64,000 bases of DNA from an uncultured delta proteobacterium (GTDB lineage: Bacteria; Desulfobacterota; Binatia; Binatales; Binataceae), in contig CAVQEQ010000001.1 in assembly GCA_963711565.1 (NCBI GenBank), positions 1,184,001 through 1,248,000 of the forward strand, in the 5' to 3' direction. A program made the translations under genes and the position numbers. How positions within the stretch are numbered: position 1 is the first letter of the stretch; the number at the start of each line of letters is the position of its first letter. Below, piece by piece: positions 11,944-23,500 of the stretch. The notes under the pieces are model-generated. The model saw only the letters and a list, made by a program, of their open reading frames with translations. It ran no database searches and had not been told where the DNA came from.

Positions 11944-12465
11944 TCACTTCAATTTGAGCGGATATCCCGCAACCATCAGAATAACATCGTCAGCCACTGC
12001 CGCTATTTTCTGATTGGTCCATCCCAGCAGGTCGCGGAAGCGGCGCGACTCCGCGTGATCGGTCGGCACGATTCCCGATCCAACTTCGTCGGTGACGACG
12101 ATGCTCGCGAAGGGCGCATGCGTCAGCGCCGCCGCGAGCTTGTCCGCCTCCGCGAGCACGGGGCCGTCGTCCATCCCGTGACGCTGCATCAGGTTGGAAA
12201 TCCAGAGTGTCAGGCAATCGAGCACGACCAGGTCGGCATTTTTATCGAGCTTCTCGAGCGCGGCGACGACCTGGATCGGCTCCTCGACGGTTTGAAAGTC
12301 CGGCGGCCGCGTCGTGCGATGGAATTCGATTCGCGCCGTCATTTCGTCGTCGAGCGCCTGCCCGGTCGCGACGAAAAATTTTCGTTGATACGGGAGCGCC
12401 AGCTTCAGCGCCTGCATGCTCTTGCCGCTGCGCGCGCCGCCGGTGATTAGCGTGATCGTGCCCAT
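11944..12465 (-). CDS. cobU: Adenosylcobinamide kinase/guanylyltransferase
   Basis: ITGGARSGKS, DCLTLWISN, DEVGSGIVP, RRFRDLLGWTNQ, VAGYP. Confidence 0.93.
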   Translation of the reverse strand: MGTITLITGGARSGKSMQALKLALPYQRKFFVATGQALDDEMTARIEFHRTTRPPDFQTVEEPIQVVAALEKLDKNADLVVLDCLTLWISNLMQRHGMDDGPVLAEADKLAAALTHAPFASIVVTDEVGSGIVPTDHAESRRFRDLLGWTNQKIAAVADDVILMVAGYPLKLK

Positions 12466-12561
12466 GCGAATCATCAAGCGTACACGATCGCGCCGCGCGT
12501 GACGAAATTTTTCGCCCGGCTCGCGCAAAGGTTGACTACTCGCGGTGCCGCGCGTAACTTC

Positions 12562-12705
12562 GGCGTCGCACCCGGTGCACGGGAAGCCGGTTCAAATCCG
12601 GCGCTGCCCCGCAACTGTGTGGGGGGACGACGGCCCATCATGCCACCGCTTCGGCGGGAAGGCGGGCCCGAGGACGAACCCCAAGCCAGGAGACCGGCCG
12701 GGTCA
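12562..12705 (+). ncRNA. Cobalamin riboswitch
   Basis: GGGAAGCCGGTTCAAATCCGG, CTGCCCCGCAACTGT, GGGAAGGC and B12 box AAGCCAGGAGACC upstream of btuB. Confidence 0.93.
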
Positions 12706-12758
12706 CTAACTGTCTGCCTTCCGCGGGGAGGGTGGCCTCAGGCACGAATTTCCTGAAG

Positions 12759-12797
12759 CCCGATCCTTCGAGCCGCGAGGGGTCGGGTTTTTCTTCT
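12759..12797 (+). terminator. Intrinsic terminator in the riboswitch expression platform
   Basis: CCCGATCCTTCG/CGAGGGGTCGGG stem followed by TTTTT. Confidence 0.7.
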
Positions 12798-12855
12798 TCG
12801 TTGCCCCGACCGCTCCTCCGCGCGTGCTGGCAGCCTTTGAACTCGGAGGGAGTTC

Positions 12856-14958
12856 ATGCGGTTTCTCAATTCGTTCTTGTCGATGGTAGGTGCGATCTCG
12901 CTGTTGGTATCGATCGCACAGGCTCAAGCGCCCGCGTCAGTGGCGTCACCCACGCAGACTCAGATCAAGGCGGCGCCGGCAAATCGGGCCAAGTCCTCGA
13001 CGCCGACAAAAAAGAAAGCCGCACAGGCGACGACGACGCCCAAGAAGGAGGAGGCGCAGAAGCTAAATCCGATAGTGGTCACCGCGACGCGAATCCCGCA
13101 GCCAATCGGCGAGATCGGCACGACGATCACGGTCGTCGAGGACCAACAAATCGAGGAGCAGAAGATTCAACTGGTCTCCGACGTGCTAAGGCAAGTGCCC
13201 GGCGTGCAGGTTACTCAGAGCGGCTCGCCCGGCTCGGAGACCGACGTGTCAATCAGAGGCGCGACCGCAGCGCAGACGCTGGTGCTGGTTGACGGAGTCG
13301 AAGTCAACACAGGCGCGACCGGCGGCTTCGACTTTGCCAACCTGACGACCGGCAATCTCGATCGCGTCGAGATTCTGCGCGGCGCGGGCGGTTCGCTCTA
13401 TGGCTCGCAGGCCATTGGCGGCGTCGTCAACGTGCTGTCACAGGAGGGCGAGGGGCCCCCGACGGCAAGCCTGCTCTCGGCGGGCGGCAATCGCGCGAGC
13501 AGCCAGCAGGTCGCGAACGTCAGCGGCGCCGACGGGAATCTCCACTACTCGGGCGCGGTGTCGTACTTTTCGACTGAGGGTTTTCGTCCGGTCAACGACA
13601 ACTCCGACAATCTCTCGCTCAACGGGCGGCTCGATTACCACCTCGACGAGGACACGGTGATTCGGGCGTTCGCGCGTTACGCCGGCTCGAACGTGAGCCT
13701 GCCCAATTTTCTGGTGGATGATGCCGTGCCGCTCGATCCGACGGCGCATCAGCGCAACGAGTTCATGCTCTACAAGGGCGAAATCGAGCATCACTTCGGC
13801 GAAAATCTGGTGACGGACGTGAGCGCCTTCTTCGTGCGGCAGGACCTGCGCGTGAACGCGCCGCCATTTCCAGGAGGTGACGTATTCGGCACGCCCTATT
13901 ACGAGACCGATTCGATTCCGGAGGAGACCCGCGGCGGCAACGCCGAGGCGATCTACACCTGGCCTACCGGCTTGCCCGGCTTTCGCACGGTTGCGGGCTT
14001 CGACTTTCTCGACAGGTGGATCCGCACGAGCAGCTCGTGCAGCTTTTGCAATCCCCTGCCGCCGTTCGATGCGGGAGTCACGAAATTCCACGCGCGCCGC
14101 CAGGAGTACGCCGGCTACCTCGAGCAGGAGGGCAGTTTTCTCAAGGGGCATGTTCTCGTAACGGGAGGATTCCGCGTCGATGGCAACAGCCAGTTCGGCG
14201 AGGAGGTCAGTCCGGCGTGGTCGGTCGCGATTCCGATTAAGCAAATCTCGACCACCTTGCGCGGCAGCTACACCGAGGGCTTTCGCGCGCCGGACTTCGA
14301 CGATCTGTATTATCCGGACTTCGGCAATCCCAAGCTGAAGCCGGAGATTTCGAGCGAGTACGACGGCGGATTCACCACCAACTTCGGCGAGCGCGCTTCA
14401 CTTACTGCGACCTTCTTCTCGCGCCGCGTTAAGAACCAGATTGGTACAGTGCCGTGCCCATCTTGCGTCTTCGGATCGGAAGCGGGCAACGCGTCGCGCG
14501 TCGATACGCAAGGCGTCGAAGTCGTGCCTAGCGTCACCATCGTCAAAGGACTGACGCTCAGCGGCAACGTGACCGTGCTCGACCAGACGCACGTAAATTC
14601 CCCCGGCGCTACGGCGGACCCGGATTTGCGTGTGGCGAAGCATACGGCGTCGGCGCTGCTGGAATACGTGCGGAGCGGGAATTTCCTGCCTGACGACAAA
14701 TTCATGGCCAACGCGAGCTACGTTTTCGTCGGCGATCGCGACGACCTCACGACTGAGTCCACCATCGCGAATCACGACGCGTACAACCTGGTCAATGCGG
14801 TCGTGTCGTACGAGCTGGGAATCCCGCTCAACCACGTGCACAACGAGGAGATTTTCGCGCGCGTGAATAACCTGATGGACCGCGCCTATTCGCAGGCGTT
14901 CGGATTCAAAGCGCCGACGATCAACGTACTGGCGGGGGTGAAGCTGGATTTCGAATAG
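12856..14958 (+). CDS. btuB: TonB-dependent corrinoid receptor
   Basis: Signal peptide; IVVTATR TonB box; VSIRG, LVLVDG, RVEILRG..SLYGSQAIGGV plug domain; under a B12 riboswitch. Confidence 0.88.
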   Translation: MRFLNSFLSMVGAISLLVSIAQAQAPASVASPTQTQIKAAPANRAKSSTPTKKKAAQATTTPKKEEAQKLNPIVVTATRIPQPIGEIGTTITVVEDQQIEEQKIQLVSDVLRQVPGVQVTQSGSPGSETDVSIRGATAAQTLVLVDGVEVNTGATGGFDFANLTTGNLDRVEILRGAGGSLYGSQAIGGVVNVLSQEGEGPPTASLLSAGGNRASSQQVANVSGADGNLHYSGAVSYFSTEGFRPVNDNSDNLSLNGRLDYHLDEDTVIRAFARYAGSNVSLPNFLVDDAVPLDPTAHQRNEFMLYKGEIEHHFGENLVTDVSAFFVRQDLRVNAPPFPGGDVFGTPYYETDSIPEETRGGNAEAIYTWPTGLPGFRTVAGFDFLDRWIRTSSSCSFCNPLPPFDAGVTKFHARRQEYAGYLEQEGSFLKGHVLVTGGFRVDGNSQFGEEVSPAWSVAIPIKQISTTLRGSYTEGFRAPDFDDLYYPDFGNPKLKPEISSEYDGGFTTNFGERASLTATFFSRRVKNQIGTVPCPSCVFGSEAGNASRVDTQGVEVVPSVTIVKGLTLSGNVTVLDQTHVNSPGATADPDLRVAKHTASALLEYVRSGNFLPDDKFMANASYVFVGDRDDLTTESTIANHDAYNLVNAVVSYELGIPLNHVHNEEIFARVNNLMDRAYSQAFGFKAPTINVLAGVKLDFE

Positions 14959-15000
14959 GACCTTCGCATTGTCGTTCTGAGGCAGCGAAGGAATCCGACT

Positions 15001-15260
15001 CCTAACCTCTCCTTGTCGGAGGAAAGGTCGGCGCGAGCCGGAGGTGAGCGACGGGTGAGGTGCAACGCTGCTCGGAGCAGCAAAGCTTGTTTGCTTGTTG
15101 CAGCGTCTCTGAAAGTGGCGCTGCTGGCTGGCGGCGGACCGAGTGTCTAACAGTTGCGGCTAGACGAGTTGGGGTGGTGCGATGTCAGGCGTGGCACCTC
15201 TCCCGGCGCCGCCGCTGCGCGGCTTACGCCGACCTCTCCTCGGACAAGGAGAGGTTAGGA
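15001..15260. mobile_element. MITE-like element with about 60-bp imperfect terminal inverted repeats
   Basis: CCTAACCTCTCCTTGTCGGAGG...GAGGTGC pairs with GCACCTC...CCTCGGACAAGGAGAGGTTAGG; lies between convergent genes. Confidence 0.7.
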
Positions 15261-18226
15261 TCAGATGCCGCTCGCTTGGGCGGCGGCGAAGTAGCGGTCG
15301 AAGATTGCGCGAATTCTATCGCGGCGCGCGGATAGTTCGGCGAGCATTCGGGCGGCGCCGTCGGCGCCATCGAAGCCCATCCGGCGCGCCAGCGGGCGCA
15401 GGCCAGTCACCGACGTCGGGATGGCCCAGGCCGGCTGATCGCTCTCGATGCGCAGACGATTTTCCAGGCGCGACAAAAACCGGTAGTCGTCTTCGAGAAT
15501 GGACGCGTCGGCCGCAGTCAGCAGATGGAGGCCGTCGAACGCCTCGAGCAAGCCTATCGTGTCGCGCACGCGCAGCTCCGGATGCCGATGGCCGTGAGAC
15601 AGCGCCATCATCTGCACGAGGAACTCAACGTCCACCAAACCGCCGTGACCCTGCTTGATGTTGAGCCGGGTCTTGTCCTCGGCGCCGATTTCCATTTCCA
15701 TTCGATGGCGCATCGCGGCTATTTCGCCGACCTCGGCTGCGGTCAATCCGCGGCCGTACACGAATTCCTGGCGCGCCGCTTCCACCTCGCGGCCAAGTTC
15801 GCGGTCGCCGGTTATCACGCGCGCGCGCACCAGCGCCTGCCGCTCCCATACCGCGGAACTTTGGCGATGATAGTCGCGGAAACCCTCGAGCGACGTGACC
15901 AGCGGGCCCGCGTTGCCCGACGGGCGCAGGCGCAGGTCGAGCTTGTAGGCGTAGCCCTCGCGCGTGCGCGATTCGAGGATCGCGATCAACTTCTGCGTGA
16001 TGCGCGACGCGATTTCGCGGCTGCCGGCGGCGACTTCGGCGCGATCGTCGTAGACAAAGATCAGATCGAGGTCGGAGTTGTACGACATCTCACCTGCGCC
16101 CAGACGGCCCATCGCAATTGCGCACAGACGCATCGTGGGAGGAATCGCGAAGCGCGCCTCGGTCTGAATCCGCGCGAGCGCCATCGCTTCGTCGAGCACC
16201 GTCTCGGCGAGATTCGTCAGCTCGCGCTCGACGCCGAACAGTTCGAGATCGCCGGCCAGGTCGGCGATCGCGATGCGCAAAAATTCCTGGTGCCGAAATG
16301 CGCGCAGCGCATCAAGCTTGCTCTCGAAATCCGGACTCGCCGCAATCAATCCCGCCAACTCGTCGCGCAGTTCGGACGGACTGCGCCGGGTCGCCGCGAG
16401 GTCGGAGCGCACGAGCGTGTCGAGCATGTCGGGATGCCGGATGAAGATAGTCGAGAGGTACGCGCTCGAGGCGAACAGCCGCAGCAGGATGCGCCGCGTC
16501 GCGGGATGCTGTTCGAGCAAGGCGAGGAACGAGGTCCGCGCGCCGATTGCGGCGATGAATTCGGCCAGGTTCATCAGCGCGAGGTCGGGATCGGGCAGCC
16601 CGCCGATCTCGTCGATCAGCATCGGGCCGAGGCGTTCGAGCAGCTCGCGGCGGCGCGGGCTGGTGGGCGCATGCGAGGGCCCGCGTGCGAGCAGCTCGAG
16701 ATGGCGCGCGCTTTCGTCGGCGCGCACAAAGCCAAGCTCGCGCAGGTAGCGGGTCGAGGAATCGGGATCGAGCGCCGAGTTCCACGCCAATTCAGCCGCG
16801 GAGGAAACCCAGCGCGTCGATTCTTCTTCGCCGCCGGCGAGGGTCTCGCGGAATTGCAGCTCGATCAGCGCCCGATGAGATTTCAGTTGCCGGCTGAATT
16901 TCGCGAGCGCTGCCGGCCCCTTGCCAAAACCCATCCGCGCCGCGAGCGCGCGCATCCCGTCTTCATCGGCCGGCAGCACGTGGGTCTGCAGGCGGCGATG
17001 ATCTGCAGCTTGTGCTCGACATCGCGCAGGAACAGGTACGCGTCGGACAGTTCGCGCGCGCGTTTTGACGGCAGGTAGCCGAGCGAGTCGAGCTTTTCGA
17101 GCGCGGCCACGGTCTGCTCGATGCGGAGCCGTGGATCGCGGCCGCCGTAAATCAGAGTGAGCGCCTGCACGATAAATTCGAGCTCGCGGATTCCGCCGCG
17201 GCCGAGCTTGATGTTGCGCTCGATCATCGCGGGCGTTTTCAGCTCGGCCTCGATCTGATGCTTCATCGCGCGCAACTGGCGCAGCGTGTCGAAGTCGAGG
17301 TAGCTGCGGAACACGAAATGATTCAGCTCGGCGCGCAGTTGGTATCCGATTTCGAGGTCGCCCGCGACCGGCCGCGCACGCAGCAGCGCGGCGCGCTCCC
17401 ACGGCTCGCCGAGGTTCTCGTAGTAGTTGATGGCGCCGTCAATCGGCGTCACCAGCGGCGCGGAACGGCCGCCCGGACGAAGCCGCAGATCGATTCGAAA
17501 GCATCGCGCCGACAGAATTTCGGTAAACCATTCGCCGAGACGCGACGCCGCCTCGGAGCTGTCCGGCGAACCCGACGACGCGTGAAGATAAATCAAATCA
17601 ACGTCCGAGCTCAGGTTCAGTTCGCGCGCGCCAAGCTTGCCCATCGCGAGGATGCAGAATCGCCCGATCGCCCGCGCGCGTTCACCCATAAACCGGGTCG
17701 CGAGATCGAGCGCCGTGCGAATGCATTCGTCGGCCAGCTCCGACATCGCCAGCGCAGTCTCGCCGACGCTCAGCCGGTCAAGCAGATCGGCAATCGCCAC
17801 CTGGACCATCATCCGGCGCACGAAACCGCCGAGCGTGGCGGCAGCGGCCTGACGGTCGGGCGCGTCGATCGTGGCGCGCTCCGCGCGCATCGCGGCGACC
17901 AACCCTTCGATAGTCTGGGCGCGCGCCTCGAGAAAAATTTCCGCCCATCGGGGTCCGGCCAGAGACAGCTCGGTTGCGATCAGCTCCGATGAGCCGAGGC
18001 AGAAAATCAGGTCGGCGGCCGCCTGGCGATCGCGCAATACGTCCTTCAGCGCGGCGGCGGAATTCTCGGTGAGCTTGGTCAGAAACGCGAGCGCCAACTG
18101 GTCGTCCGGCGCGCGAGCCTTGACGGTGGCCAGCGCCTGCAGCGCGAGGCGATCGTTGCCGAGCCGGTCCTTGAGCCTTCTACCGAGGACTGCGAGCTGC
18201 GGGGATTGCGCGGCCGTGCGTGGCAT
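15261..18226 (-). CDS. glnE: Glutamine synthetase adenylyltransferase/adenylyl-removing enzyme, frameshifted near 16990
   Basis: Two NT domains (GKLGARELNLSSDVDL; GRLGAGEMSYNSDLDL), DLRLRP and WER motifs; one base missing in ATC GCC G-C CTG CAG ACC CAC. Confidence 0.9.
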
Positions 18227-18313
18227 CAGGTAAACGATAACAGACGCGAGCGTATTCGCGCCGCAGGTGCGATCCGGACTGAGGCTGTTGATGTTTGGCG
18301 AACGCGCGGGCGG

Positions 18314-19399
18314 TCAGGTGTTCTGGGCGACGGTCTTTTTCGAGTGATGGGTCTTCGAGGCGGTATGGTGAGAATGTGACGTGTGCGACTTCTTCACGTG
18401 TTTCGGCGCGAAGTCGGCCTTGATCGGCGTGGGCCGAATCTCAGGCTCGTCCTCGATGCCGGGGAAGTACTTGTCCTCGTCGCGATGCACCTGCAACGCG
18501 GCCAGGAACTCCGCGTAGTAGTTCTTTACCGCGAAGCCGAAATGCGGCCCCTGGTAGTGCTCGACCATCTCCGAATAGTCGCCGCCGTAAATTCCGGCCG
18601 CGCGCGCCACTCCCCCGGTGCCGTAGTTGTACGCAGTAATCGCCAGCGGCCAATCGCCGAGTGTGTCGTAGTTTGAGCGCAGCAGTTTGGCGGCCGCGAT
18701 CGTCTCGCGCTCCGGGATCAGGCGATCGTCGTGATAGCGCGTGATTTTCATGTAGTGCTTGCCGGTGTCGCGCGTGAACTGCCAGATGCCGACCGCGCCC
18801 GCGCTCGAGCGCGAAGCGCCGTGGAAGCCCGATTCGACGTGCGCGAGCGTCGCCAGCTCGGGCGGCAGCCCGGCGCTGCGGAAGATGCGCTCCATCGACG
18901 GCATGTAGTAGCGGCTGCGCAGCAGACCGTCGTGGAATTGCTCGCGCAGTCCTTCCTGCACGCGGAGGTTCTGCGCGGCGGCAGCGAAAGCGCTCGGCGG
19001 CTCGCCCTTGAACATCGCGGCGATTTCGCGCTCTTCGTCGTCGGCCGGCGGCCGCGTCGCGAGGCGATTTAGCATGTCGGAATATTTGGTCTTGAGGTAG
19101 CCGTTCGCCCAGTCGATATCGGAGCGCGTCGGCTGGCCTTCACCGGGAAGATGAAACACGTGGTAGATGCGCGAGACGTTGTCGCGATCGACGACCACGA
19201 AATCCTGCTCCGAGTACTTGGTGAAAACGTCGACCCAGAAATTCACGTTGGGCTCGATCGACTTCGGACGCGGGAATGTGATCGTGGTTTCCGAGAACGC
19301 GTTGGGCGGCGCGGCGAAGGCAAACGCGATCGCGAGCATGAGTGCCGCGACTGTTCTTGCGATTCGGTTTGCCGACAACCTGATCTCGAGCAACGCCAT
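18314..19399 (-). CDS. Lytic transglycosylase (SLT/MltD-like)
   Basis: HVESGF, AGAVGIWQF, WPLAITAYNYG; signal peptide; basic His-rich tail. Confidence 0.88.
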   Translation of the reverse strand: MALLEIRLSANRIARTVAALMLAIAFAFAAPPNAFSETTITFPRPKSIEPNVNFWVDVFTKYSEQDFVVVDRDNVSRIYHVFHLPGEGQPTRSDIDWANGYLKTKYSDMLNRLATRPPADDEEREIAAMFKGEPPSAFAAAAQNLRVQEGLREQFHDGLLRSRYYMPSMERIFRSAGLPPELATLAHVESGFHGASRSSAGAVGIWQFTRDTGKHYMKITRYHDDRLIPERETIAAAKLLRSNYDTLGDWPLAITAYNYGTGGVARAAGIYGGDYSEMVEHYQGPHFGFAVKNYYAEFLAALQVHRDEDKYFPGIEDEPEIRPTPIKADFAPKHVKKSHTSHSHHTASKTHHSKKTVAQNT

Positions 19400-19635
19400 C
19401 TCCCCACGATGAACAGGACTTCTGAAGTTAGCCGCGATTGCTCCAGTAGTCAACGAATTTCATGCTGTGGCTAAAGGTGAATTCTGCAATCATCCGTTCG
19501 GCTGTTGAACAGATCCGGCGGGAATTACTTGTTGCGCGCTGCGAATTGGCATTCGTCCGTTGCGCGGATCAGTTCGGCCGCGATGCATTCGACGCGTCGT
19601 AGCCCGCGTCGTCGACGATCGTAAGTCGAGTTAGA

Positions 19636-20007
19636 TTACATTCCTGATCTGAGCACGAAAAAAAGATCGACTACACCGAAAATCACGAAGCACACGCCGC
19701 CAACGGCATATCCCCACCTGTAGATTGGTATCTCACTTGACGTATCTTTACGACCGAGCCACTTATTTGGTCGGGCGGCCTGCCGCGCGGCGTCCTCGTT
19801 GCGAACTGCACAGAACAATCCGAACACAATCAGAAACAGGTCCTTGAAAGCTCTAAACTTCACTGGTCCGAGGTAGTGCTGACCCAGAATGAAAATGAGC
19901 AATGTCAGTAGGCCGTATAGCCAATAGCGATGAGCTGGCTGCTCGATGCCGGCAGACGCGTTGAGCAACCTGCCAGAGGAAAATAAGAGCCGCCATTTGC
20001 TTTTCAT
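19636..20007 (-). CDS. Small membrane protein, possible orphan immunity protein
   Basis: GAGGGGAG RBS; three hydrophobic segments; low-GC island downstream of the RHS gene. Confidence 0.55.
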   Translation of the reverse strand: MKSKWRLLFSSGRLLNASAGIEQPAHRYWLYGLLTLLIFILGQHYLGPVKFRAFKDLFLIVFGLFCAVRNEDAARQAARPNKWLGRKDTSSEIPIYRWGYAVGGVCFVIFGVVDLFFVLRSGM

Positions 20008-20120
20008 CTTGGTCTCCCCTCTCCCCTATTCCACCGCTTTGTCGGCTCGCTGTTCCAGGTGGCTACAAATTCTTTGGTGGAGCGAATGAGTTCCAGCTAA
20101 ATCAATGGCTTTGATGTCGT

Positions 20121-20597
20121 TCAGGTCGCTTTCGCCTCCCCCCTACGCCTTACAGTTCGAGCGATTGATCTCAGAGCCAGAGCAGAAAACGCAACCGACG
20201 GTAAGATGAAGAGGGCGTTACCAATGCGAAGGGCAAAAAGAAGATTGATTGCTGCCCACAGAATGAGAATCGTGGGAACAACGAAGGCGACTGGGATCAG
20301 GCCGAGTATGAAGACAGCCGCCACGAGATCGAACAGGATAAAACCAATTGAAACGCAGAGAAGCAAAGGTTCGCCCATAGATACGGTTAGGAATGCCGTA
20401 TGTATGACCGGGATGGTGGCAGCGAGTACGCTGCCACCTAGGATCGCGCCTGTGAAGCGCTGGGGAGGAGAATCGCCGCGCCGTCGGCGCGCAATACCAT
20501 AGGCGATCATCGCGTAAGGCTGGGCGGCGATCGCGATCGCAGAGATTAGGTATTGTCCTGAAACAGCCATGAAAATCACCACTTCTCCTAAGGTCAC
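20121..20597 (-). CDS. Multi-TM protein, probable immunity protein of the RHS toxin
   Basis: GTGA overlap with the RHS stop; almost entirely hydrophobic. Confidence 0.65.
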   Translation of the reverse strand: MTLGEVVIFMAVSGQYLISAIAIAAQPYAMIAYGIARRRRGDSPPQRFTGAILGGSVLAATIPVIHTAFLTVSMGEPLLLCVSIGFILFDLVAAVFILGLIPVAFVVPTILILWAAINLLFALRIGNALFILPSVAFSALALRSIARTVRRRGEAKAT

Positions 20598-23500
20598 GGC
20601 GAGGCCGTCGGAGGCGCACTGGGATTGACAGACGGCGCTCCTGCTCTCGTTCCAATTGTCGCTACGCCCTGGATCCCAAAATTAGCGGGGTTGTTAATTC
20701 CTTCTGCGATCGCCATAGCACTCTCACCAACCACAACAGTCGCGGTTCCTACTGCATAGGCTGTTAGGCCAAAAGCACTAATCTCTCCGCCTGAGCCTTC
20801 AGCAGTAAGCAGAACTAAATCTCCAACGATGATCCCCGCGTCAGCCAAGGCCATAAACTCCTGAGGCGACAAACCTGATATTGTCGAATTGCTTCCTTGT
20901 TGGCTGCTGTTGTTTCTCGCAGTAGCCGCAGATATAGATAGGCCGTCGTCGCTCGACCCTCCGCCGACCTGCACGTCTGTGAATGTAGGGTCGCCGCCGG
21001 GGGCGCTAATTGTGGCAATATTTCCTCCTAGTAAGCCTATCGCATCCGACCAAGCATCTGACAGTCCACCAAATGATCCAAACGTAAATTCTCCCGTGGG
21101 GTCGGTTCCATTCAATGGCGAATTTCCCACATACGCATACAGCGTCGCGTAATTCCCTCCCGACAGTCCTTGCGGGTCGCGCGCCATGAAGCGGTTCAAT
21201 TCCAGAGAATCATAATATCGCGCCCGGAAATAGTATATTCCGTTGCCGCCGTTGGGGTCGAGTTCACGGCCACCGAATTGGTACGGATTGTCGCTGGCGG
21301 TGCCGGTGCTCGTAGTCTGCCCAAATGGGCCGTAAGTGTATTGCGTCTGTACCACGCCGTTTTGATCGGTCAGCGCGACTACTGAGCCGACCGCATCGGT
21401 CAGATAGTACTGATACACCCCCGAGCTATAGCGCGCGAAACGATCGTCCGGAGCGAGGCCGGTCATCACGTAGGCGGAGCCGACGCTGCTCTCCTTTGCT
21501 ATGTTGCTACCGTCATAGAGGTAATTTGTGACGAGCGGACTGCCTCCGTTGAGACTCAAACTGTTGCTCACTCGGCGACCGAAGGGATCGTAGGTGAGAT
21601 TCTCCGCAAATACTGGACTGCTTAAATTAGCGATCTGTTTCACCTGAGCGCGCCCATTATACTGATATGATACTCCGAGATCGATGGTAACGTCGCCGTC
21701 ATCGTCATTTGTAGTAGCCGTCGAAGACCCGTCCTTGTTGTACGCGAAGCTCTGCGAATTGTTGCCTCCAAAATTGGGAAGAACCAAGCTGGCGAAGCTT
21801 CCGGTAACTTCCGTCCTTCGGCCGTCGGCATCGTAGCTGTAACCGAGATTTCCAATCTGGGTATCATTTCCGTTGGTATACGTAATCGTAGTAAGGTGGG
21901 AATCCTGGTCGTAGCTATAAGCCTCGGTTACAGAATTGGGCAACTGAACCGAACTGCGGCGATTGTCCAAGTCAACTACGATTTGGACGGTGCCGAAATA
22001 TGAATTGTATTCGCTTGTGAGATTGCCGTTGTTGTCGTAGCCATAACTGACACTGGGACCAGCGCCCGACATGGTGGTGCGGCGCTCATCGAGGTCGTAC
22101 TGGTAGGTGATCGTGCCGTTTGAGGCTTGTTGGTCGGTCAGAATCCGATCCTGGCCGTCATAGGTTCTGGTAGTGGTTCCAGCGACCGAGTCCACAACCT
22201 GTGTCATCCGATTGCCGAGATCGTACGTATAGGCATCTTTGATGCCGGTCGTTCCGGTAGTTGAGTTATAGGCCCATTTTTCCGTTACCTTGCGGTTAAT
22301 CTTATCATAAATGAATACGTCGGTGGTTCCGCTGGCATTTGAGAATTGGGTAACGTTGCTGTTGTTGTCGTAGGTAAACTGTGTGCAGTTCGAGTTCGGA
22401 TCGCAGACTTTCGCTAGCCTATTTCTGTCGCCATATTTCCATGTCCAGGAGTGGTTATTTGGATCCACCATACTGGTCATGTTGTACACGTTGTCGTATC
22501 CGTAGGTCGTAATCGACGGGCTGGCGGCCGCGCCGGGGACGCTCCGCTGGGTCACGTGATCCAGGTTATCGTATTGATATACCGTTGTGTTCATCAGCGG
22601 ATCGGTCGTTTGTGTAAGGCGACCTGCGGTGTCGTAGGAATTAGCTGTCAGATTGTCGAGTGGATCCTCGACTTCGGTAAGGTCACCAAAGCTGTCGTAA
22701 GTGTACCAGGTGAAGTTGCCTTCGGCATCTATACTAACATTCAGCGTGCCGTCGTTATTGTAACCCAGAAGATGGGTTGGATTATTGTTGCGATCGATCG
22801 TCAAGCTCAGGTCACAAGGATCACCGATAAAGACCCCGTACTGATAAGAGAGACTGAAACCCATCGGATCAGTGATCTGCGCCACCTGATAGCAATTGCC
22901 AGCGCCGTTGTAGGTGAACGAGGTCAGGGCAGCATTCGAGGTGCCGTAGAGGGATGTAACGGTGAGGGGTTGTCCAATTGTGAAGTCGTACGTGGTATGA
23001 GTGTCACGATTCAACGCGTTGACTGCATCGAGTATGAAATTCGTGTTTGCGTCGCGTGTATAAGTCGTCAATTGCTTTGTGGTTCCAGTAGTGTTGGAGC
23101 CGAGAGTGTCCGACGTTTCATAGCCGGCGGAATTGAATGTAACCGCCCTTTGCGTGCTGTTTCCATCGGTGATCGTCACAGCAGTGATCAGGCCGGAGCT
23201 AAGCGTGTAGGCAAATTTCCATGCGCTGCTGGCTGCATCGGGCATCGTCATCGTCTTTAGAGCGCCCAGCGGACTCCCGCTCGTTACGTAGGCAAGCTTG
23301 AGGGTATTTAGATTCGCATCCTCAATTGACGCCAAGTTGTCTGTTTGGCCTGAAGTTGTGCTGTACTTGTAGGTCGTCACATTGTTGTTAGGATCTTCCA
23401 CGGTCGAAAGTCGGCCTGAGCTGTCGTAACCATATTGAATGGTGCGTCCGGCCTGGTCCTGGATGCTCGTGGGAAGATTGTTAGTGTAGGATACCGTCAG

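Noticed and set aside
15525-17992. Long + strand ORFs opposite glnE (likewise opposite the atp genes)
   Set aside because: Antisense shadows typical of high-GC genomes
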